From Flaccisagitta enflata (Eukaryota), in assembly GCA_965153355.1 (NCBI GenBank), contig OZ231126.1:23374001-23438000 (forward strand): a stretch of DNA of 64,000 nucleotides, written 5' to 3'. The translations under genes were made by a program, and so were the position numbers. Under the pieces are notes generated by a model. It was not told the DNA's origin and ran no database searches. It was given only the letters and a program-made list of their open reading frames with translations. Position 1 is the stretch's first letter. Every line of letters begins with the position of its first letter. Below, piece by piece: positions 25,055 through 35,793 of this stretch.

Positions 25055-27154
25055 ATGTCCCGTCAGCAGCGTCTCGAGGCTGAAGCCGACGTGTCGACGT
25101 CGTACGGGTCCTTGGATCTTCATCGACTCTTCAACGACGGCTCGACTCGAGAGGGATCTGCATCCACGACGTCGTTCGGGGCGGAGGAGGAGGCTGTCGC
25201 GCTGGCAGCCTTCAATGGCGACCTTCGTTCCGTCGTCGACGCAAAAATGGCGAATAAAAAGCGTCAACAAGATGATGCGTTGGTAAATCGTCAACAGCCA
25301 TCCAACGCCGTTGATCCCGCGTCGCTTCCTCCATTGGTGGTCATCAAAGATGGAGGTTCGAGGCGGATTGCGATCAATCGGCCGCCGACGGACTTATCCA
25401 CCACTTCCGCGGCGGCGTCATCATCATCGGATTTGCCCCCATCGCCTCGCCAATTCTGCCTTGATTTCGGTCGCCCAGCGTCTCGTGATCAAGCGTCTGC
25501 AGCTGCACGTCAACGCAGCGGGGGCGAAGAGAGAGAGAGATTGGTCAATGATGGAGCAAGAGTGGAGGAGGAGGGGATGGAAATAGAGGAGGAGGTGTTG
25601 GTGAATGGGGAGGTGGTGGAGAAAGGCATTGACCCGGAAGTGGACACTGCGACGCCGGAAGAGAAACACCAACGGATGCAGGCGCGTTGGTGGTATCGTA
25701 TCATCAGTCCGGACGTCGAAGTATCTCTCCTCTTCAAAGAGTTTGAAAAACTTTCAGTATGCTGCAACAAACAAACTCTCATGCGCTCATCGGCTAATCA
25801 AACAGAGCTGGGCTCGGAGACTCTGGAGCGCAAAATCCAAAGCAATAAGAGAAGGAGGGAGCATGATAAGGAGGTTCGTCGCATGGTCCAGGCGACGAAG
25901 AGGAAGAATGCGGCTCCGAAGCCTCCTGGTGCAACTTCCGTCGACGCTTCCGCAACTCCACCAGCGGTATTCGTGCTCGACGCAGCCGCAGCTACATCAG
26001 CGGCAATTCACTCTACAGCATCAGGAAGTCGTCAATCGCGCCTCGGATTGGTTCATCCCCCAAATCAGCAGCAACAGGGTCCTCGTGACGTCACTCCCTC
26101 ACAACAAGTCGAAGAGATCACGTCGGGGAAAGACTCACAACGCGCAACAAAGGAAATAAACCAAAGGGGCCAGAACCAAAGCAAAGGCCTCTCTCAAGCG
26201 CCCCTCTCCAGTGGCGCCGCCTTCTGGCAGCAGTAACGCCCAAAGGCCAAAGGAGAGTCACGGTTCGCTTCACGGCACCACAGCAACCCAGAAGCTGGAT
26301 CAGGCGCCTGGGGCAGCGGCAGCAAAAGGGAAGAAGACCAAGAGAGCTGGGAAGAAGCACAAAGCAGCAACCATGGGAGGTTCTACTTGCGGCGCTTCGG
26401 CGTCCGCTAAACCTCAAGTCTCTGGTCAGCAGACGGGAGCGTCTTTTCACTCCGCAGCCACTGGGGTCATGTAGGAAGCGAACTAGTTACGTGTGTGCTT
26501 CACATCTGCTGTGCTGTGTAGCGCCTCGTCAGCAGACCTAAGCCTGCCCAAGGTCTGCAGCAAGTGCAGAACCCGCCTCCCCCGTCGGATCCAGCCTTTG
26601 ATCCTGCGCATGGACACCACATCGCCGAGTCATTGCTACGAGAAGCCTCTTCACTGACCTCAAATGCTCCATTGGGGGTGGTGAAGAATTTAGCATCAAG
26701 GCTTCCAAAAGACTTCTTCGCGTCGCTTCCGCCGCGTCAACGAGTTGAAGCGGCTCGTCAAGTCTTAGACGAGAGGATTCGTCGCAATATCCAAAAGGAG
26801 AGAGACGATGCTCGTCGAGCAGCAATGGCTGCGGACAATGAGGTGGTCAAAGGCAATAAGCGAGTCGTGGAACTGGAGAAGCAGCTTGAAAAGGAGAAGC
26901 AGGCCTGTGCGATGAAGGCTAAGAAGAAAGAGGAAGCGGTGGAACGCGCAAAGGCGGCTATGGCCGTCGACTTTAAAACCGCGTCCGCTGTACGTCCAAA
27001 ATTTCGACTGGCGCCGAATTGCGATGCAGCATCTCCACCTCCTGCGTCTTCTCCAGCAGAAAAGTCGGTCAGCAGATCCCGTCGCAAAAAGACGCTCCCA
27101 AGCCTGGGAATAAGAAAAATCGAACCAGGCCTGGAAAAATTGACCGCCAGCTAA
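25055..27154 (+). CDS. Accessory ORF3 of unknown function (disordered plus coiled-coil, not env-like), probably spliced or frameshifted
   Basis: ORFs 24824-26236 (first ATG in the GC-rich part at 25055), 26211-26474 and 26564-27154 on the gag-pol strand with coding-like GC; preceded by pyrimidine tract plus AG at 24961-24962. Confidence 0.6.
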
Positions 27155-28173
27155 ACGCTGATTGGCCATGCCCAGTTGAGGTTCAATTTAACTAAATTTG
27201 CAACATGGCGTGGAGAGCGCCGCCATTCGCTGAGGATCGTATTCCACCGTAGCATCCTCATCCCATCGATGGACAGGCCGGCCAAGTCGGGGGCGCTACC
27301 CGGGGCGTGGGAATGACGTCCGCCCCGGGGCCTGGCGAAAAACGCCCGCGTAAGTTTCATGGTTTAGGAAGGGTTGAAGTTGAGTTTTGTTGTAAATTTG
27401 AATCTGTGTACGATAAGAACTTTACTAATCAATCTGCCCCTGTTCTTCTTTCTTTTCCTTCCCTTCGGGGAGGATTCACTCTCAGACGGCTGCACCACCT
27501 GCGCCTTTCGATGCGGTCATGCTGACCCACATCACTCATCGCCGCCCACGAAAGGACGAGGTGTTGGAGCTGAATGACCCGCTCGTCTCTGTAATGGAGA
27601 AGGCGCAGGTGATGTGGTCGTTCCATGATGCTTACTAATTTTTTTCTTTCATTTAACAGATTCGTTTTTATTATATAGTTAGTAATTTATTTAATTTTGT
27701 CTTGTTTTGTTTGGTTCTTTGGAACATGTACATTTTTGTTGTGTTTGTTTTAGACATGGTCTTTTTAGTCATTATTACGAATACTTTCGTATGACATGTT
27801 TTAGTAGTATGCCCCCACTTATCTTTTTCCACTCTCAAGTCAAATCCCAGGCTTGGAGTGCGCCTAGGCCCGTTCCCCTTTCCCCCCCCCTTCCCTTTAA
27901 CTTTTTTCAGAACGGGCGCCTCAACCTCCTCGTCGCCGCCTCGTCTCCATCCGCGTCGTCATGATCGTTGCAAATTGCTGGTGGTGGATCCTTTCCCGAC
28001 GCGGGAATCATCATTCGCAGTCGCTGATCTGTTGATAGTTAGGGGATGTAAGAGGCGGACGGGGAGGGGCGGGCCAGGTTCTGGTGTCTTTTTTTAAGGG
28101 AAGCAGAGATCGGTTTTTAGTAGGTTTCCCGCACTGGAAACTAGTGTCGGATTTTTGAAATTCGTGAAATTCC

Positions 28174-28188
28174 AAAAATGGGGCAGAA
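28174..28188 (+). promoter_or_regulatory. Polypurine tract
   Basis: AAAAATGGGGCAGAA immediately before the 3' LTR TGT. Confidence 0.8.
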
Positions 28189-29109
28189 TGTTAGAAATGT
28201 ACGTCTGTCCGTCTCTTAGGTGTGTGTGCCTTCTGTCTCTTTTGCGTGCTTTTGGCTTTTTCTCTTTCTCTACTATTCGATGCCCGTGTCTTTTGTTTCT
28301 TGTTCTTGCCATTTTTTATATTGAACGCTAGATGGGTAACCATATGGTTGCGCCTTGATTTTGTGCCATTTGTTTTTACTACGTAGGCAAATATACGTAA
28401 CTCGTCTTTCGTATCATCCAATTTTTGGATTGATTGATTTTATTTAATTACGGCATCGCTTCTTAGAGTGATTGATTGATTTTTATGATCGTTTGAATGC
28501 GCCCTTGGAATTCACTAATTTCAATAATCTCTCATCTTTTATTGCAGATAAACTAATGAACGGACAATTAACGTTAATTTGACATCGACAGACTGTGGGT
28601 TGAAACCAACGGAAGTGGGCCTAAAAGTAAGTTTTTATAGACGCGTCTTGGTTTTAATAACGTTGTTTTTATCTTGTCCGGTCTGTTATTTTTGCCTTTT
28701 GCCCTTTGCATTTTTATCGCCGGATTTTAGTATGATAGTTTTATCATTGCCCGATCAGTTTGCTATAGGGATGATATGGATGGATGAATTTAATGGGATG
28801 GGCCGGGGCAGGGGCAGGTATTATCAGGTGGCATGGGCTCTGAAGAAGATGAACATGTTGTCATGTGCTGTTTCTGTCCTTTATTGTGTCCTATCTCGAT
28901 TTCATGTTATCTTTTGCGTTTGCTGATCACAATTAACGCCCACTTTCCCTTTCATTTTTCCCCCTCTCTTCAGTTGTTGAAATTTTTATGGAATAAACGA
29001 GACGATCGCCTTCCTATTTTCCAATCGGCCAACTTTCTTTCACCACAAGTCGTCAGTCAGATAGACGCTCATAGACAGTGCCAGTTGAAACTCGTGGGCG
29101 TAATTTATA
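28189..29109 (+). repeat. 3' LTR (terminal 8 bp missing)
   Basis: Matches the 5' LTR up to GCGTAATTTATA; lacks the final TTTCAACA. Confidence 0.95.
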
Positions 29110-29370
29110 ACCCTGCACTTTCACAAATAATTAGGTCAAGCGGTTTTTCAATCTTTAATCAAAAGAATAAATGGAAAAATATTATGGACGATACTTACGG
29201 GAAGTTTTTTATGTGCTCTTTTTCAATCTTTTCTTCGGCAGACTTTTCTAGTCATAGTTTTCTCAAAAACGCATGGGGGAAATTTGTTTATGAAAAAAAA
29301 TCAAGGCGCAGAATGCCATGGAAACGACCGAATAAAACTCTTACAAATGTAATAGATGTTAGAGACTTAC

Positions 29371-29481
29371 ATGTATTGGAAAATATCGGGATGTCCTTCC
29401 ACTTCAAGTTTGCGGCTAATCCAATTTTGAGTTTTGGTCTGAGGTCTGGGTTGGGTGCCAAGCCAAAGGGTCTCGAACCAT
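29371..29481 (-). CDS. Probable host internal exon (111 nt)
   Basis: TTTTGTTATGACAG acceptor and GTAAGT donor; open frame WFETLWLGTQPRPQTKTQNWISRKLEVEGHPDIFQY in phase with the upstream exon. Confidence 0.5.
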
Positions 29482-29853
29482 CTGTCATAACAAAAGATGA
29501 TGTTTCAAAATTGTGTCAAGAAAAGCTACCATGAATCGGTGAGGGATGAATTTTTTTCGATTTTCAGCGGGGGGTATTTTGGAAAAAGGCCGGATACACG
29601 GCCATCAGTTGCGGACGGGTGGGCAGGGGCGGAAATGCAACTGTCCGCAACTAAAAATGTTCTAAAACGCTCCTTTCCTCACTTTTCGACTCGTGTCCAC
29701 GGACCGACTGACGAACCGACGGACGGACAAAGCCTCTTATAGAGTTACGTGTCCGCGACTAAAAATTCAAATTGAATTTTTTTCGTTTTTTTTTAATTTT
29801 ACGTTGCGTGTCCGCAACTAAAAAGGCACAGCTGAGCCATTTCTCCAACTTGC

Positions 29854-30062
29854 CTATCCTTTGGACTGGCTTTGTAGTCCAGAGTAGGATCATAAGTCCA
29901 TCCACCTTTTTCATTCGCGAAACAATTGAAAGTCCAAGAATTTCCTTCCTCAACAATCGCCTTTTTAGGTTCTTCATTCGCGCGACAAGAAGACAATTTG
30001 CATGTGATCAAAATCAGCGCAAACAGTCCAAAAGATGAAACCAGATCCCACGTTTTGGACAT
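29854..30062 (-). CDS. Probable first coding exon of a host secreted or membrane protein (signal peptide)
   Basis: MSKTWDLVSSFGLFALILITCKLSSCRANEEPKKAIVEEGNSWTFNC...; ends at AG|GCAAGT (GC donor), phase 2, joining 29481 in frame. Confidence 0.5.
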
Positions 30063-30081
30063 CTTTGTGCACCGTCAGAAT

Positions 30082-30696
30082 TAACTATAGCCAAAAAAAA
30101 ACAAAAAAAAAAAAAATGGGACAAATTATCTTGCTGATTTTTGCTGAACTGAAAACTTAAACCATAGAAAATCCATGACCGTTTGAAAGCTCTGCGAAAG
30201 ATCTTTCAAATGCGACATTGCTGGTCATTCTAGCTTTATTCGTTTAGAAATGGCACAAGAATGAATGAAAACATTGCCATATTCATTTTTGCAATCCAAT
30301 TGAATTTTAAAGGTTTTGAAAAGAAGTAGTTCACTTTGACGAGCTCTGACTTTTTAACGGTTTGAGATACAGACCTGGGATTGGTCTAGAATGAAAGAAA
30401 ACTTAAAAATCTTTAAAAGCATCTCGGAGAAAAAAGTCAAAGTCTTTTTTTTTTATCTTTTTTTATAAACTGAAAATAATGTTCACTTTTTCAACTTTAC
30501 TTTTACACTCATGACCATATATTCTTTATTCTTAAGTCATTTCTAAACGAATAAAGCTAAGACAACCAGCATGGTCTCATTTTGAAGATCTTTCGCATAG
30601 CTTTCAAATGGTCATGGATTTTTCTATGTTTTTCCTATTTCATGAATATCAAACACCAAAAAACATTTTGTCATATTTTTATTTTTGCTATAGTTA
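30082..30696. mobile_element. MITE with ~180-bp imperfect TIRs
   Basis: TAACTATAGC...GCTATAGTTA; inverted arms CATAGAAAATCCATGACCGTTTGAAAGCT / AGCTTTCAAATGGTCATGGATTTTTCTATG. Confidence 0.8.
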
Positions 30697-30753
30697 GGAC
30701 GTTCTTAAGTAGTGGGATGGGCACAATTTGGGCATTCAAATAGATATTTTTTT

Positions 30754-31280
30754 CTAAGCGCTCTCCATGTTCCATTTCCTTACTTAGAGCCCAATCTATG
30801 AGGAAAATCGATTTTGACTTGATCTAGGCACTCTTCATCAATGCTGTAGTTGTAAAGATATAATTGCTGGAGTTTTGAGCGCCATTTTGGTACTATTGGA
30901 TGATTATCTGTAATCTTTCGTTTTTCAGACTTTTTAAGCGGGTTTTTAAATTAGGGTTAGGGAATGGGTTAAGGGTTGGGATCAGGGTTGGGGATAGTTT
31001 TAGGGTCAGGGTTAGAGACAGGGCTGGCGTTTGGGCTAAGGGTTGGCTGGGTTTTTGTGTACTACGGCCCAAAGCTACTCGAATTAAAGCTTCGCTCTGG
31101 CGGAGGATTCGGAAAGAAACAAAATTGTGCTAAAAATCATTCAATATCGCCGAAATTTCTCCCATTGACAATCTATATACAACCACAGCATTGATGACGG
31201 AGTCCCTAGATCAAGTCCAAATCGATTTTCCAAATAGACTCAGCTTAAATTATACAAACGGAATATGGAAAGTGCTTGGA
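30754..31280. mobile_element. Inverted-repeat element enclosing a degenerate (TTAGGG)n module
   Basis: Arms GGAAAATCGATTTTGACTTGATCTAGG..CATCAATGCTGT / ACAGCATTGATG..CCTAGATCAAGTCCAAATCGATTTTCC; module repeated at ~46985-47215. Confidence 0.7.
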
Positions 31281-32089
31281 AATGATTTTTAGTTGCGTGC
31301 ACGTGACTCTATGACCCGCTTTGTCGGTCGGTCGATCGGTCAGTCGGTCGGTCGGTCGGTCAGTCGGTCTGTCGGTCAGTCGGTCGGTCAGTCTGTCCGT
31401 CATTTTGCTTTTTTTTTTTGTCGTTTTTGGTCATTTCATGTCATATTGGGTTATTTTAAGTCGTTTTCAGTCATTTTATGTCATTTCCTGTCATTTGGAG
31501 TCATTTTTAGTCATCTAAGTCATTTTGTTATTTTTGTCATTTTAAGTTATTATAAGTCATTTTAAGTCATTCTAAGTCATTTTAAGTCATTTTAAGTCAT
31601 TTTAAGTCATTTTAAGTCATTCTAAGTCATTATGAGTCATTCTAAGTCACTCTAAGTTATTTTATGGCTATTGTAGTTTTTGTCAATTTGCATCATTTTA
31701 AGTCATCTCGAGTCTTTTTTAGTCATCTCAAGTCATCTCAAGTCATTTTACAGCCGGAGATCCTGGGAAAGCTCATTTCTGAGCTTTTGCTTTTTTCGCG
31801 TTTTTTTCTTAATTTCCCACGACCATACATCCTCATCGAGCGGACTAATTCATTTTTTTTTAGAGAATTTTGGGGTAACAGCTATGTTGTAGAGAAAAAC
31901 TGGGATGCAGGTATGGATATTAATCTTTTTTTTCGATTCGAGAAAAAATGAGCGATGAAAATCTCAGACATGGCACCCTTCGATTTTTTTCATTTTTCAC
32001 CCAATGATAGATTTTGGGGTGGGGAATTCATTCAGATTGTCAAATTCGCCCCTCAAATTCTCTTTAAAAATAAATAAAAATAAGCTAAA

Positions 32090-32902
32090 ATAGCAGCCAA
32101 GACGGGCGTGGTCAGCGGTACCCGTGCCCTGCTTGGGTGGTATTGGTTGAGAGGAGCAGGGCGCGGCCTTGGAAGGGACGAAGTCCTGAAGGCCTGGGAG
32201 ATCTGTCCGTCCGTACATCCGTTCGTCTGTCCGTCCATCCCACGTTTACCTTCCTTCTGTCCAGGATGCCCTGTTATTTTAATTTTCATTGAATACCAAG
32301 GGGAACTGACAAAAGGCAGAATATGGACATTGGTACCCTTGCCATTTTTGTATAGTTTGTAGGTTAAGTTGAGGCAGGAGCAGGCCAGGATCTGGTTCTC
32401 TGAGGCCAGAATCTGGGTCTCAGAGACCAATTTCTTGGTCTCAGAGGCAAGGATTTCAGTTTCTGAGGTCAGGATTTGGTCCTCTGAGGCTAGGATTTAG
32501 GTCTTTTAGAAGCCCTTTCTAGGTCTTGGAGAGGTCCAGAATCTGGGTCCCATAGGTCAGGATGTGGCTCTCTAAGGCGGGGATATGCGGTTTTGGAGCC
32601 AGAATCTAAGTTTAAGGGGCCTAGATGATAGAACTCAGGCCAGAATTCAGGTTTTCTAGCCAGATTAGGCCCATTTTACCTGGTCTTAGGCCATTTTGCC
32701 TGGATTTGGCCAATTTCGGGCGGATTTGGACCATTTTGCTCGGATTTCCGCCATACAGTTTGGATTTGGGCCCCAAAGGAGACGAAGCCAAGGGTGGGGC
32801 GGGGGGGACGGACGTACGGACGTACGGACGTACAGACGGACGGACGGACAGATTCCCCCTGTGTTCTACAGGACTTCGTCCCCTTCGGGGCCGCTGCCCA
32901 AA
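32090..32902 (-). mobile_element. HINE-like family B copy
   Basis: Reverse-oriented CTACAGGACTTCGTCCCCTTCGGGGCCGCTGCCC end, GACG tract, ~21-bp repeats. Confidence 0.6.
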
Positions 32903-32993
32903 ATGAGCTTTTTGACTCAAAAGCTCGACTTGGCTGGGTAAGGTGCTCAAAAAGCTCATTTCTGAGCTTTTCCAAGGCTCAAAGTTGAGCTTT

Positions 32994-33621
32994 TTGGGCA
33001 GCGGCCCCAAAGGGCCAATGTCCTGTAGGACACAGGGGGGAATTTCGAGACGTCCGTCCTTCCGTCCTTCCAGCCTTCCGTCCTTCCGTCCGTCCTTCCG
33101 TCCGTCCCCCCCCCCCTTGGCCTCAATTTTGCTCTCTCAGGCCTGATTTTGGTCAGATTTTGGCCTGATTTTGGCCTGATTTGGGCCCTCTGAACCATCA
33201 GAATAGGCTGCATAGCCCTTTCAGACCTCAATTTAGCCCTTGAGACCTTAAATCAGCTCTCCATACCTCATATCTGCCCTCCAGACCTCAAATTGGCCTC
33301 CATACCCCAAATCCACCCTCAAGGCCTCAAATCAGCTCTTTAGGCCTCAAATTTGTCCTCCGGGCCTCAAGCCTGCCCCTCAAACCTCAAATCTACTCTT
33401 TAAATCCTAATTCTGCCCTCCAGGCTTCAAACCCGCCTTTGATGACCTCTATCCATCTTCTCAGAACTAATATACCCCAGGACGTCTCGAAATTCCCCCC
33501 TGTGTCCTACAGGACATCGGCCCTTTGGGGCCGCTGCCATGCTCTCTCTCCACTACTTCACTTGATCACTCCAAGCAGGGCATCGGGTACCGCTGACCAT
33601 GTGCGATCCTTGGATGACTAG
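32994..33621 (+). mobile_element. HINE-like family B copy
   Basis: Same subterminal inverted repeats and tail GTGCGATCCTTGGATGACT as 9484-10725. Confidence 0.7.
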
Positions 33622-33757
33622 TTAAGACTATGTGTCGTTTTAAGCCTGTGCTTGCAATATTCACTTAAAAACACTTAGAATCAAACTCTGGACGACTTAT
33701 CTTGTTGCTGGAGAAGGCCGGATAGAGGCCTCCAAGATTGGGCAGGGGCAATGATAC

Positions 33758-34076
33758 CAGGCCTAAATATTGTTCTACATTTCCCTCCCCCCCGGTGGGA
33801 GGGGGAAATAGTCAAAGGGTTTGAAGATGGGGAAAAAATGTAAGGTGAAAAAAAGAAAAAAAAATTTGGGGAAAATAACATTTTTGGCAGTACAAAATCA
33901 TAGAAACTGATTAGTAAAACACAATTTAACACTTTAAACCTTAAAAACATTGTTTTATTGCTATATGGGGAAGAAGATCATAGGTTTTGTAATGCGACGC
34001 GATGCATCGCGGGGAAGAAAATCAAAGGCAGGGGGGGGGGAATTAATCAAAGAGCATAGAATTATATACATCCCTG
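33758..34076. mobile_element. hAT-type MITE
   Basis: CAGG...CCTG termini with perfect 8-bp TSD AATGATAC (33750-33757 / 34077-34084). Confidence 0.85.
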
Positions 34077-35256
34077 AATGATACAGGAGGGCACATAAAC
34101 ATGTGGATTAGGATACCAACAAAGTCAAGAAAATCATATTTTATTTGTAGTCGTGGACACGCAACTATACACCTTCCTATGTTGGTTGGTCGGTACATCG
34201 GTTACAAACTTTTTTGAATTCCAAGCGATTATTGCATTACGGCCCCTGCCCAATTGTCCCAGCTGTCTTGCCGTGTATCCAGCCTTGTTCTAAAGACTTG
34301 TTGATTTTTTGACAGTTGTATTTTACTTTTATTTTCTAACATGTAATTCCCGCACTATCAAAAAAAGATTCTTCTTAGGACGGCGAGCATCTGACGGCAA
34401 GATTTAGTGTGTCAACGGGGGTAAAAAAAGAAAATTCTATTAGAATAAAAATAAGAAAAAACATAAAAAGAATCATTGAGGTACATCCTAGTAAATATTC
34501 TATTGCAAAATTTGCATCAAAATAGTAAAAAAGAGCAAGTAAAGCAAACATTAACTAATTATTTTTATTTAGAAATATTCAAAATTCAATAATTTGTTCA
34601 CTGATAGGAGGCTTGTCAAAATTATAACTTTGCATGGAAAATGAAAAAACTCAAAAATGAAGAACATAGCCCCCTTCCAAACTTGATTATGGAGGGGGCT
34701 ATGTTCTTAGAAATGCAAAATTTCTTTGCATTTATGTGTCTTATAATTTTGACAGCAGCAATGAGATAAAAAATGTAAGCACAATTTTCTTAAAAATCCT
34801 TTCTTCCTTTGCTTTTCTCATATGAATTGCTGATTTAAAGGTTCATTTGAGGTCAGCTTATGGCAGAGACATACACATAGAGTATTTCTGGAGGCAATTT
34901 GTCTTATGAAAATATCTATTTGCACTCATGATTATTCAACTATAGTTGAAAAAATGGGGTGAAACACTAAATGTTGACATCAATTGCTCGCCGTCTTAGT
35001 TCTTAGTCGCTTTGTTTTTCTGTTGGTCTGTTTGGGGTCCGTCTGTAGGTCTGTTTGGCGTCTGTGGGTCTGGGAGTTATACCTCATAATGATTGAGTCA
35101 AAAAGTAACACCACAGACAACTTACATGAGATAACAACATTGTTGCGGATAATAGGCAGGGGCATGTAACCCCCTCATCCACACCCACACACGCCCACAG
35201 AACATGTTTTTTACAGCCATGTATCCAGTCTTTTTTTTTAAATTTGAAAAAAAAAG

Positions 35257-35793
35257 AACAAGGCCGGATACACAGGCCAAGACGGTGCGCCAACATTATT
35301 ATTTTCTAGACCTATCCTTAGCTTTATCAGACCTATCCATAGCTCTATCAGACCTATCCCAAGCTCCATTGACCACAGATGATAATGGATGAAATGATAA
35401 GAAACATGAATTCTTAGACCTATCTCAAGCTCTACCAGACCTATTCTGAGCTCAATCAGACCAATCCCAAGTTCTATTGGACAATCCAAAAATGAATATG
35501 ATGATGAATGAAATGACAAAAAAAATTCCTCAGACCTATCCTGAGCCCTATATCAGACCACTTTCAGATCTATGAGCTTCATGAGACCTAACTGTAAATG
35601 AATGTGATAATGAATGGAATGACAAGTAATATGAATGACAAAAAAGATGAGTTCTCATGTGATTTCAAATATTTTTCAGGATTTTTCACTCAAGGGTGAC
35701 CAACCGACCAGCCAACCAACAAACCAACCAACCAACCAACCAACTTTTGACGGACAGAGCCTCTTAAAGAGGTGCTGTGGCACACCTGAAAAG
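35257..35793 (+). mobile_element. HINE variant carrying 21-bp repeats (AGACCTATCCxxAGCTCTATC)
   Basis: AACAAGGCCGGATACAC head, 21-bp array, (CCAA)n, terminal hairpin AGGTGCTGTGGCACACCT. Confidence 0.6.

Larger units (their letters stand above)
15926..29109 (+). mobile_element. BEL/Pao (Belpaoviridae) LTR retrotransposon, near full length, with extra 3' accessory region
   Basis: Two near-identical LTRs, triple Cys/His knuckle gag, PR-RT-RH-IN order with Pao-type motifs, PPT. Confidence 0.95.

Noticed and set aside
24824-27154. env gene
   Set aside because: No transmembrane anchor or Cys-rich ectodomain; the hydrophobic start of the listed 470-aa ORF comes from the AT-rich spacer upstream of the likely acceptor and ATG
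28833-29534. 233-aa plus-strand ORF leaving the 3' LTR
   Set aside because: The 5' LTR copy has a different frame and stop; the distal part overlaps better-supported minus-strand exons
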